39,583 nucleotides of DNA from Klebsormidium nitens (taxonomy: Eukaryota > Plantae > Klebsormidiophyceae). The stretch spans positions 138,872 through 178,454 of the forward strand of contig DF237085.1 in NCBI GenBank assembly GCA_000708835.1. Reading direction: 5' to 3'. The notes beneath the pieces were generated by a model. The model was not told the DNA's origin. It made no database searches and worked only from the letters and a program-made list of their open reading frames with translations. Both the position numbers and the translations under genes were made by a program. Positions 21,875-39,583 of this stretch are shown one piece after another (positions within the stretch are counted from its first letter, which is position 1; every line of letters begins with the position of its first letter).

Positions 21875-24810
21875 TGGTCGAGTAAGGGTGCGTTACTGCC
21901 GTGTGCCAAGATCACACCGGCCCTCCCTTTGGAGACGTGATTGAGGTCAGAGGCTTGTATGCGGGACGTTTTATGATATTGATTACGGCCAAACTATTGT
22001 CAATGTACTTTCATCGTCGAATGATTGGTCGACATCCTGTCGTGTTCCGAGTATTCAAGGGCTTTAGGGCTAAGCAAAAGGCCACGCGTAGGCTTTTGCC
22101 GGCCTAGTATGAGCCCCCGCATCAAATCAGAGTGCCGGCATCCGCCTGTGGATGGCATTTGTCTAAGAAAAGGTTTCTTGTGCTCCAATGCTTATCAAGC
22201 ACTTGTAAGCATCAGCTGGTTCAGTGCAAGCATGTTTGTAAGGATTTGTTATGCAGTCGCATCGCTTTCGTGCAATGCAAGCAGTGCTTTCCCGTGGCTA
22301 AATGCATTGCAATGTTGCACGGAAGTATATCGGAATGCTTGGTAAGGTCGCGTAAGGCCTCATCGGAATGCAATCCGGCGTGACCTCCAAACGCATGTTG
22401 AAGGACTCAAATTATTGCATGACCATTCTGGTAGAACAAAAGTTAACGAGTTGTGCAGTGGATATTGTACGAGCATGGGCCTCAACCGGGCCCACAAGTT
22501 AATTGTGGCACTACCAGTTTCTCAAGATCGAGCTGCAGCCAAGTTGTACGTACGCTAAAGGTTATTATCATGCGCTGCAAATCTTGAACATAAAGTCCCT
22601 TTTCAATCCGAGAAAACAAACGTTACGTCGCCAGATTAAACCACCACCCACGATTTATAATCGGGCAAAGTTAAAATGCCGACGTGGCATAATTTGCCAA
22701 CGGTCGTTGAAATTGTGAAATTCAAACTGCGACCGTGGGGCGCATCATTTTGAACACTGTAATGGCCGCTCCCACAAGCAATTGCAGCATCAAATCTTCA
22801 CCAAATCTGGCGGTGTCAAGCTTGTTCGCCTGGAACAGGCCCCGCTGGGACGCGCTCCTTTTTCCAGCCGCCTTCAAAAACGTCCAAAAACAAGGCCTGT
22901 AAGCGCAAGAATGGTGCGGTTGCCTTATAGGAGCTATTTTAGCTCGTTTTGAGAGCTGTAAAAACGGGCGCCCTCTCTTGAGGCCTCTATGTGGCGACTG
23001 AGCTTGGCATTGCCGGCAAAGAGCATGATGTGGCCAACCAATAAGGTAGGCAAGAGCCATTTCTGCAGTGCCAAAAGCTTGCGCCCCATGAGAGAACTTG
23101 AACTTCTCTTGAGAAGTTCAAGTTCTGAGGACGGCCGGCATCGCGGCCGGATTTATAGGTGGCGGGTGGTGGTTTAATGCAATCATTGTCATCACTCACC
23201 TGCGATCAAATGACTTAAGCTGCCAAACTTGCAGTTGTACATGGACGTTAAGACAAACATGCAAATTAGCCAATTTTGCATGAAAGGGTTGAATTCATGA
23301 AATGTGCGACATATGCCAAGCGTTCGCAGATTAAACATTCAGCAAGCTAGCTTTCCATAAGGTCAACATCGACATACCCTTGACATATACTGCATGGTTG
23401 ACCACACGGGGCCGGCAGTCGCGTATCCGCTATCAGACTTCTTGAGGCCCATGATGATGGATTGGAGCCTTCGTTTCTTTTTTATTGTTCGTTTCTTGTC
23501 GTCCTTGCCAAGAATGCTCCAGCTCCGAGTGATTGTGACACGGACTTACAATGGCTGCAATCATATTGCAATGGTGTGCTCTGCTTGCTACTCAGTTTCG
23601 ATGCAACGGTGCAAGTTTTTTGATGATTCATGTTACCCAATGTTTTGAACTACCTATTAGATACTAACACTGGGAATTCTAGCAAACAACGTCAAGACTC
23701 AGGGTACGATCTGGCGCTCCAATGGGACATCATGGCCGACCACGAGCGAGTCGGGCGCCTAGCTCGCCGCGGCCGCCCGGGCCGCCGCCGGATGCCGGCG
23801 GCGGCCGCCGGACCGCCGAACGCGGCCCGGGTGCCGCGCTTCGAGTCCCTTATGCTGCCAGCGCGCGCGCTCCCAACCAGTCAATCGTCAACCGGTCACC
23901 AAAACAGTTGTGTTTGTGACCAACGGGAGACTCGGCGAGTCACTAGGTACCACCGGAGCTGGCAGCAAGGAGAGCGTGACACTTGGTACCCCACGCATAT
24001 ACGCCATCATGACAGACAGTAACCTACTCTAAGCAGGGGTAGCATTCTGCAGTCTTCGGAGCCCCATGGTGGAGAGAGTTTTTCACCAAATATCTGCAGC
24101 CTCACACGCGTACTCGATTTTAGAGCGTGACATCATGATATTTTGTCGTCATTTTGAGATGTTACACTTGTCATCAGCAAGGCAGACGTCATTCATTGCA
24201 ATCAGTCTGAGGACAGTTCAACTGAACCCAGATAAGTGCGTTCTCACTGCTTCCTAAGTTTCGTATCGAAAACGTGAATGATTTTGATTACACAAGGTTC
24301 GATCCATTTTCGGCGTCTTCCGGATGCTTCGCGTCAGGAAAGGACCCTTCGAGTCCGGAAGGTCCATTCGACTTCGATAAGTTTTGCAGGCGCAAATTCT
24401 TGGAAGGACTTCGGCAGTTGAGCACGACTGCAGTCCCAAAACCGAAACGCCGTTCGAACGACCTGAAAGTCGTACCGGTATGATGCGTCTTGCCGAGTCC
24501 CCGCCGCACGCTCAATATGAGAGAGTCCAGGAAGGACTGAGGAGGGCCAGCAAGACTGGGCCGCTAGTTTTTCCAAATCTTCCACAAAGGAGACCAGATC
24601 AGATTCAGGAAGGAAGGGAATAGGGCGCCACGCCGTACGTTTTGGTATAAGAGATCTACAGCAGGGGTTGAGAATCGAGATGCTCTGAAAAATTGAGCGA
24701 GGTCGACGTACCCACCTGGAGATTCTTCACTTGGGGGGTTTGTCCCAGTGCTGATCTATGAGACCACGGCGAAGGCTCAGCTGTGTTTTCCTTTCTTCTG
24801 GGGTAGCAGG

Positions 24811-27800
24811 ATGGACGATTTTGATGGAGGATTGTGCTTCGATTTTGAGGCAGGTCTTGATACCGGGCGTCTTGGGACTCCGTCGGACGATCTGTATGGA
24901 GGGGGTCATGGTTTGGGGGATGTGCCGCCAGAAGTGGTGGGGAGGAGCCACATGGCGGCTCGCAGGAACTATAGGCAAACAGTCTGTCGGCATTGGTTAA
25001 AGGGTCTTTGTATGAAGGGGGATTCGTGTGGGTTCTTACACCAGTTTGATCCGACCCGGATGCCTGTTTGCCGATTCTTTGCGAAACATGGGGAGTGCCG
25101 AGAGCCGAAATGCCCTTTCAAGCATACACTGGAGGACCTGAAGGAATGTAACATGTGAGCACCTCTTCTACTTGGCTTGCTTGGTTGTACGCTGCCTTTC
25201 CTTGTGACCATATATTGCTTCTCCTTAGGAGGCTTGGTTTTGCAACAATGCCTCCGATGTTGCAGCTTCAAGCTGAGTGGATGAGGTTGGCTGTAAGTAC
25301 CACCTGCTTGTAGGGGTATCTTTCCAAATGTCGTTTGCTATGGTTGTTGCAAGCTCTTGCATTGTTGTAGAACTGGATTGGCCGACCGTTGCAGCATCTT
25401 CCTTGCTCAATGGTACATGAAGCGCTGGTAATAGTTGCTTTCTGCCCTTGGATTGGTTGGCTTTTTCGGTGCTTTTTTAGTAGCTAGTTCGATGCAAATG
25501 TCAAGCTAGATAGGGCAGGCGGTGCAGGGCAGGGTTAGACAATCTGCGCAGCCATCAGGCTGTGGATCTGTGTACTTAGGCAGAGTAGCCATTTGCAGGT
25601 CAGAGAGGTTATGCAGAAGCTACTGTATCATTGTAAGCTTCATAATAATCGACTGATAAGCCGTGGTTTGCATGCATGCACTAGGGGTGGTTTTTGCAAG
25701 TAAATGTGGCATTTGTTGTTGTATAGTCCTCTTTTCCTTTTGGTTGAAAGCCTTCCCTGGTCCCTTGGGGTTGAGTGTGCTTCATACATCCAAACCTAGC
25801 CAGCACACTTGGTGCGCAGCTAGATGCTCAGGTGTAGTATCAGGATGGTTGGAAGCACGCGTGCCACGAATGAGTTCCAAGAGCAGTCTTTTTGTGAAAG
25901 TACACAATCTGGCACCCCAGCACAGCAGATGGTTCTTTCAAGATTGCACATCCTTCGTAGGCCTTTTCTTTTCAAATGGTCTTTCTTGTTCCAAGGATCA
26001 AACTCTTGGGACTTGTCATGCTGAGAGCAACATCTTGCTTCCTTCACTGCATTCTCATTTTATTCATTGTAACCTCAGCAGTTGCTGAGTTTCTTGACTT
26101 GGCCCCCTACTTTGCTGCTTTTCAGTCGTTCACCTGCTTCCAACAAGGGCAAGTCGTTGGCTTGTGCTCAGACCGGAAGCTAATGCAGCTGTCCCTCCTG
26201 TTGCAGGTACAAGTTGGGCTTCTGCCCCAATGGCCCCGATTGCCGCTATCGCCACCAGAAGTTGCCCGGCCCCCCTCCCCCAGTCCATGAGGTTGTCCAG
26301 CGCTTTCAGCAGAAGCTCTACAATGTGCACCATGGCGAGTACGCTGCCAGACGGCCTGGATCTGCTGGCCAGTATGACGTGGATGGAGATGGTGCCTGGC
26401 AGCAACAAATGAAGTTTCGCAGGGATGAGGATGCAGCCTCAGCAGGGGATGCGATGATGCGGCCAATGCCATTTGCCACTAAGGCCAATCCCATGCCGCC
26501 AGGTAGCACTAGGTAAGCAGCTTAAGCTGTGACTTGCGTGGTTGTTTAGAGGTCCTTGGCCATCTGGTACTCTACCTTGTCCGCTCATGTCTAGTGGACT
26601 GCGATCAGCCTTTGGGAATATGCAGGCAGCAGGTTGGAACGTGGGATTGTCAGTGCCCCTGGATCAGCGCTGGCATGCTGCGAGGAAGGAAGTTAGGGGG
26701 AACCCGTACCAATGCAGGGTTGCACCCTCTGTTCTGCTTGTTGCAGAGGGTTGTCAGTAGTATCTGTCGTAGTATTCTGCAGGTGGCAGGGTGTGTGGGG
26801 TTGGATCAGATTTGGTATGCTGCAAGGTGTGGGGGGGAACCCTGCTTCGGGGGCCATTTGTCTGATCTACTTTGGCGAAGATTAATTACGCCTGGTCCCG
26901 TAGATTGTTTTTTGTCTAATGAAGATGATGGTAGATACAAGATAGCAAGTGATATTTTCATAGGCTCTAGACTCAAGCAGGTTTCGGCGTAGCACACTTT
27001 GCTCCTGCGTGGTTCCGATTCCAGAGACCAGGCAGCTAGTGCAGTCTGCAATCAGGCTTGACCCCTTCATAAATGCAGAAGAGCTGGGGGAGATGCTGGA
27101 TCCGAGTCTTGCTTATAGTAGAGTTGATGTTCTTTTGAGTGGTTGGATAAGCACACTAGGTAATACCTTGTCTGCTTCAGAGTGCTGGTCTTAGAGATAC
27201 CTGCGATGATTGCTTGTCTTCTTGTGGATGAATGGTTGTCACTTTTCGACGTGAAAGGCTAACCATGTTCTCTGTGCTCCTGTTCCAGGTACTTTATCAT
27301 CAAGTCAGCAAACCGCGAGAACTTAGAGCTGTCCACGCGGCGTGGAGCCTGGGCGACGCATCGCAACAATGAGCAGCGCTTGAATGCTGCTTTTGACACA
27401 GTCGCCAACGTTATTCTTATCTACTCGATCAACGAGAGCCGGCACTTCCAGGGGTGTGCACGCATGGAGTCAAAAGTTGGGGCAACCAATGCGACTGGCC
27501 AGTGGAAATATGCCCATGGGACTGCACAGTTTGGACGCAACTTCAGGCTAAGGTGGCTAAAGGTAAGATAGGAGAGGGTTGATCAAGATTGTCGTGTAAG
27601 ATTTTCTCGTTGTCTGATATTCATATTCTGCAAGGGAGCTTGCAAGCTGTAGCAAAGTTTCAGTTGTACAAATACAGTCTGAAGAAAGGGATAAAAGGCA
27701 ACTTTTTCTTGGCTTCTGCATTGTGTGTACATCATTTACATTACTTTTCCAATCTTTCATATGAAGGCTTCGCTTCTTTGTGATATACAGCTCTGAGGTG

Positions 27801-29834
27801 TGACCACTCACTTGAAGCCTGACTTGCTTGAAGCTCGTAACACAAGCCAGATCGTTTCTCTTTGAGCACTTTGCTTCCCTCTTGACTAGATTTTTGACGC
27901 CACGGTTCCTTTTGCAGCTATGTGAGCTTTCTTTCACCAAGACCCGCCATCTGCGGAACCCCTACAACGAGAACCTGCCCGTCAAGGTGGCTCGTGACTG
28001 CCAGGAGCTGGAGCCGAGCGTCGGCGAGCAGTTAGTGGCTCTCATGTATGCGGAGCCAGACAGCGAGCTTATGGTAAGCTCTGAGGCTTGTTTGACGAGG
28101 TCTTATGATGCTGGTAGCAGTCAAAAGACCAAGCGAAGGGTTTTCTCCGATCGATGTGCTTTGTGGTGTTGTGCTGCTCAAGTACCATCCTGTAGGTGAC
28201 TCTCTGGAGATCTTCTGATCTCTTGTCAGCTTTTGCAACTTCCACAGCTGCAGTTAATGAATTGTGAGTGTCTTTCTCTGCATGCTTCTCTGCAGATGTC
28301 AGCAGCTTTGTTTTCTTGTTTTAGAGCCCATGCATGAAGCGTGGATCGAGTGGATGTAGACCCATGAAAACGAACGGATTCGCAGTGTGCTCTGTGTTTG
28401 GAGCCATATTTCACCACCCCCTTCCTCTCTTTCGCCATGCAGGGCTACCATAGCCTTTCTCTGCGACCAAGTTCTCACCTCTAGTTCGTTCTTCTTTGTG
28501 CAGGTGTTTGCTAAGAAGGCTCAGGAGGAGGAAGCTGCCAGCCGCCTCCTCGCCCAGGAAGCAATCATTGACACCGAAATGACGCCCATGGACGCCGACC
28601 CCGCCGAGGACGGCTATGGCTGGGGCCAGCGGGGGCCTCCCGTGGGCATGTGGCCAGAGGATGCGCGTGCCAGGGGCTCCGAGATGGACTATTCTCGGAG
28701 CCGTGCCGAGTACGCCATGTACCAGAGACGAGCTGCGTTTGAGCGCGCTGCCGAGTATGGAGAGCCCTTCAGGGGTTCTTACCCGGAGGCGTACGCGGAG
28801 AGGGCGTTTGCGGGGATGGGCCGGTGAGGTGGCGTGCTGTCTGGTTGTCACGGAAGTGCACAGCAAGCACCGTATGTACTTGCTCTAATTGGGGTATGCT
28901 TACAACGTTGGCAACGTTGCAGAGAGAGATTCCTTTGAGCAAGAGTCAAAAGTGTGAGGGAAGTTACTGGGTGTTCAATATCAGGTGGCAAGTTGGTTCT
29001 TGCTAGTCACAGTGTGATAATTCCCGTCGTTCCCTTCAGGATGCCACTGCGCGAACCCGGATTACATGCGATGCCGGTGGATGACGACCCGCGCATTGCT
29101 GCGTACGGCTCCAGGGTGTATCCCTCCCGGGGTGGCATCCCTCCTCCAAGTGGACGGGCCGGTTATCCAGGCCTTCCTGCTGAGTACCGCAGGAACTCGC
29201 TGGCTGCGAAGCTACAGGTTCGTTGTGGTTAACAGTCTTGATTGTTCCGGGCTTTTACTTATGTCCGTGGAATTCCGACAGTTTGCCAGATGCAGATTGA
29301 GAACGGATTTGAGCCTGTTCTCGACTGCGTATTCTCGAAGATCGGAGATACCGTCTGCTTTTTGACTCCGTCTCCTGTTTGAGGGATAACCGGAATATTG
29401 GAGGATCAGTCGAGTGCGATGTCTTGCTTCGACTCACAGCCAAGCTTGGTTTGCTCTTATGAAGCAGGTTCTGAATCTCGTTGCGCCTACACAGTCGGCT
29501 GACAGGACTTCCCCTTTCTTTCCAGGTGCCGGAGCTCGAGGGCGAGCCCAATGGGGAGTCGAGCAGCAGCGACGGCATCAGCCCCTCCGACTCGGTGCGC
29601 AGCGGCCAGTACATGAGCGACAGCGCGGTGCAGTTCCTGAAGGACCGCAGGAAAGCGATGGACTACTACGTGGCGCCCGAACAGCCGCTGCCGCGCAGTC
29701 TTCCAGATGGGTTGCTGGACGGCGAGTACGGCGACCAGTGGCGCGCTCCGATTGGACGGCGGGAGCTGATGGAGGGGCGAGGGGGCCAGTGGGCGGTGCC
29801 GCCTGGGATGGACGAAGAGTTAGGACTGATATAA
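24811..29834 (+). CDS. CPSF30: Cleavage and polyadenylation specificity factor 30, long form (3 CCCH zinc fingers + YTH m6A-reader domain), about 628 aa, 7 exons
   Basis: Exons: 24811-25154, 26207-26512, 27289-27562, 27918-28073, 28504-28823, 29040-29217, 29526-29834, with compatible phases (1887 nt). Start MDDFDGGLCFDFEAGLD; fingers RQTVCRHWLKGLCMKGDSCGFLHQFD, MPVCRFF..GEC....CPFKH and ECNMYKLGFCPNGPDCRYRH. YTH domain: RYFIIKS.NRENLELS...GAWAT...FQGCARM...WLKLCELSF.KTRHLRNPYNENLPVKVARDCQELEPSVGEQL. This matches the plant CPSF30-L architecture. Confidence 0.95.
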
Positions 29835-31542
29835 GCTGCCCAGTGTGCTTCGGGCACAAAGGGCAGAAAGATGTAGGCGCCGAGAGGATACAGTGACATG
29901 GGGCAGGGGAGGGTGTATGAGTATGTTGTTGTGGGGCTGGTCTTTCAACGGGTGCATAGCAGCTGGGATATCAAGATGAAGTCGGTCGTGTTAGGTTGCG
30001 TGGCAGAACAGCGTCATGAGGTTTCATGGGTAGGCCGTCTTGCTGGTGAAAAGAAAGAGGTTGCTCGCTGACCTTGCCCGGCAGCGGGGGTGCCGCTGCT
30101 GTGCAGTGGTCCTAGGCGTTTCAAAACATTAGATGCATTAGTAGCAGAGAAGTAGTGACAGAGACTCGTGAGGCTTGTACAATCCCAAAAAACCTTTCTA
30201 ACCGCATGCTGCAAATAAAGTAGAGGACCGCTGGCTTTGCGATTACTTGAGGCTGAACACACTTATCTGAACTTTTCGAAGACTTGGTAGCTAGGACGGA
30301 AGGTCCTTGCCTTGCGTTGTGAACCTGTTAGTAGAAGCGAAGGGCGTTTCCAAGTCAGTGTAGGAAGAATTTTGGTAGATATGAAGAAGATAAGTATAAA
30401 GAACAACAAGCTCGCGCTCGACACTGAACCGGATTATTATCTCATAATTGAGGATAACTTTTGAAGGAGTCTTTATGCTTCCTGTAATTATCTCTTGATT
30501 GGGTCAACTACTGACGTTGCTATTGTGCTTACTACAAATCAATGTGCAATCAGGTTAACGGGCAATCACCATGTTCTCCATCTCATGATGGCCTTCTGAA
30601 TATCCGAGTTTGGAGTCGTGAGTTCTTGTTGAATGAAACAAGGTTCAATGCCATAAATGATTGTCCGAGCAGAACCCTTGTAGTTGTCTTTGCCAGACCC
30701 GATGCTGGCATAGTCATTTCTAGACCAAAGCAAAGTGCGTGACGGAGTATATGTATCTATTGTGCACGCATCCGATATATAGCACGCAACAACATGGTGT
30801 ACTGGATCTGGCGTACAAAACAACATGTGGTTTCTGCAGCATGAAAAAGCATTCCCTAAGATGGAAATACACATTCCATGCAACGCATGCCATGATGTAT
30901 TTGCAATGAATGTGTTTATTCAACTTTATTACCATGCATACCTATTTAAATCATGCCTGGGCCGCGGCTATACTTAAACCGGACGCTCGACACTGGAGGT
31001 ACGGACTCCCGCATGCCCAGTCTAGTTGTGGCCGAGCTGGGTCAAGGAATAACCTTGTAATACGGCAAACCTGCGCTAGGACCAGGCCGTGCAGTACCGG
31101 TCGTTTAGGTACCCGACAAGTTACAACGTAGCTACCTACGCTTCTTTCTGCCGGGGGAGTATGAGGTCTGAACTACCGGTAGGCACGTCGTTTGCGGAGG
31201 GGTCTGCCGAAGTTAGGGTTCCTCCTTGACCGAGCTGAGTCTGACTGGTCGCGTGGCCTGTCTCCCTAGCTGGGCCACGTCACAGACTCGCACTCGGACT
31301 CGGAGCTGAGCACTGTTCGGTTCGAGCGCCTTCTTCCTTCTCCTTTTCCTCGTCCTCTCGAGCCTGGGCCGAAAATATTGTGCTTCGTCCCCGTCTCATC
31401 TTTCTCGTGTGTGAGTGTCTCTGGAAGCTCCTCAGTGATCTTCTCCTGCGCGCCGCAACTGAGAGGCTGTCGTTTTTCTTTTCCCTTTCACCTCTCCCTT
31501 GGTGTAGCTGTACACCCTTTAGGAGTTCCCTCACAAGTTGCG

Positions 31543-38315
<6,773 letters not shown>

Positions 38316-39583
38316 GGAACTGTGGATCGGTCGGGGAAGCTGGACGGGGTCAGGAAGGGAGGTATAAGACCGGGACGTGCAATTGCAAAGGCAGTGGTGA
38401 CGCCCGTCAGAGGATTTTGCAGTGGATACGGCCTTGCAGTTTACAGATGCGCCAGGTTTCTGAGCCGGAGTCTTGCGGCTGGATCTGATTCTTGGAGCGA
38501 CAACTCTTAGGAGGTGCCCGAGGTGGCCGCGCTAGTCCGTGCCGTTTGTAGTGAAGGTGGTGCCATTGCACTTGTACACATGTAAGACATGTTCAGACTA
38601 GGAGTAATGAACTCAAGCAATAGGTGCTAAGGCCGTTCTGATGAGCGTTAAGGATCCTTATTATGGACCTGTGCATATTGCCTTCCTTTATTTGAAGTCT
38701 TAATCCTTCAAGTTCTTGGGGACATTGATAGTCAAAATGCTGGGTCAATCAAGTACAAGGAGAAAGGTCAATGACGTATGGATGTAGCGGTGGCCTGTAT
38801 GCCTGATTTTCACCCCTGTATTCAAGTGGCACTGCCTTTATGACCATTGCTCATCACGTTGATGCTCAGTGAGCTAGGCTATGCTCTATACGCTGAATGC
38901 TGCACGTCAGTTGTATACTTGATGCTCAAAATTATCATGCTCTGAGAATTACTCCTTTCGTGATCAGAGTTTTTGTAAGAGTGCTGCTAGGAGCAACATG
39001 ATGCCATGACGTATACGGCCAACTTGAAAAAGTGCATGCTTATGAACAAGTACTAGCACATGAGTAGGACTAGCCTTAGCTGTTACAGCTTTGCATGCAT
39101 GACACGCGCGGCTGGGCGCACATAGATGGCGATATATTATTAGCTCTAAAAAGATGCCTGCCCTGACTGCTTAGATTGTACGTTTTCAATAATCGCTGGC
39201 CATTTTGCACGATGAGCTATCATGCGGATCTGCCTTGCAATTGCAATCCCACATGTATGCCGGGTGCACACATACAGCCGCAGGCCTGTCGAATTGCCAC
39301 TGGCATCATGTCTCCTGCACCAACACAGTGACAGGCGGCTTTATCCGCAACCAGTCAACCTACAAGGTAGTATTGTGAGTAACCAAGAGCGCACCCGCTC
39401 TACAATACACCCACGGGCTAACACCCACATAAAATTTGCTCGCAGCTGAAGAGGCGCTGGGATTTTGGCTAAGTCAGAATTAGCTTTCCGATAACTTCTC
39501 ATCCAAGTTATGAGCTTCGAGTTTGGATTCCGCCCAATTTATAGTCCAGAAATCACTCTATAAGTTCGATAACTTTTAATCCC

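Noticed and set aside
23836-23850. cttcgagtccc resembling a tRNA T-arm
   Set aside because: The GTTC consensus is missing (CTTC), and no D-arm, anticodon arm or acceptor stem can be built.
24478-24545. ATGATG...CTGA resembling a C/D box snoRNA
   Set aside because: The C box is imperfect, there is no terminal stem, and I could not identify a guide sequence.
21875-24750. Small ORFs in the PPR-CPSF30 spacer (e.g. 22722-23060 minus, 23630-24022 plus)
   Set aside because: No family motifs, no clear exon structure, and composition unlike the confirmed exons. A short gene cannot be fully excluded.
24635-24809. Possible 5' UTR intron of CPSF30 (GTACGT donor, TAGCAG acceptor just before the ATG)
   Set aside because: Plausible, but it cannot be supported without transcript data, so it is not reported as a feature.

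Overview
Eukaryotic nuclear DNA: intron-rich, GC-rich exons, with one 269-N gap. The gene content (LRR-ARM-patatin pPLAI, CPSF30-YTH fusion, intron-rich PPR) points to a streptophyte green alga or early land plant; a Klebsormidium-like alga is my inference, not verified. I reconstructed five protein genes by hand from GT-AG junctions and frame continuity: (1) pPLAI-type phospholipase A, minus strand, 11 exons, 852-11964; (2) mitochondrial-type ribosomal protein L33, 12946-13116; (3) P-class PPR protein with about 19 motifs, 10 exons, 13453-21874; (4) CPSF30-L (3 CCCH fingers plus YTH), 7 exons, 24811-29834; (5) FtsH3/10-type mitochondrial m-AAA protease, 9 exons, 31543-38315, crossing a probably spurious gap. 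The most striking pattern the gene models do not explain is a set of intronic 'exon echoes': about 40-200 bp tandem duplications that straddle a splice junction. They leave 1-4 degenerate copies of the exon end inside the intron, usually with the AG or GT intact, in at least 6 introns of the phospholipase and PPR genes. Most other ORFs in the supplied track are antisense or off-frame shadows or exon fragments. Coordinates were read by eye and may be off by a few nt. Homology calls come from recalled family motifs; no database searches were run.
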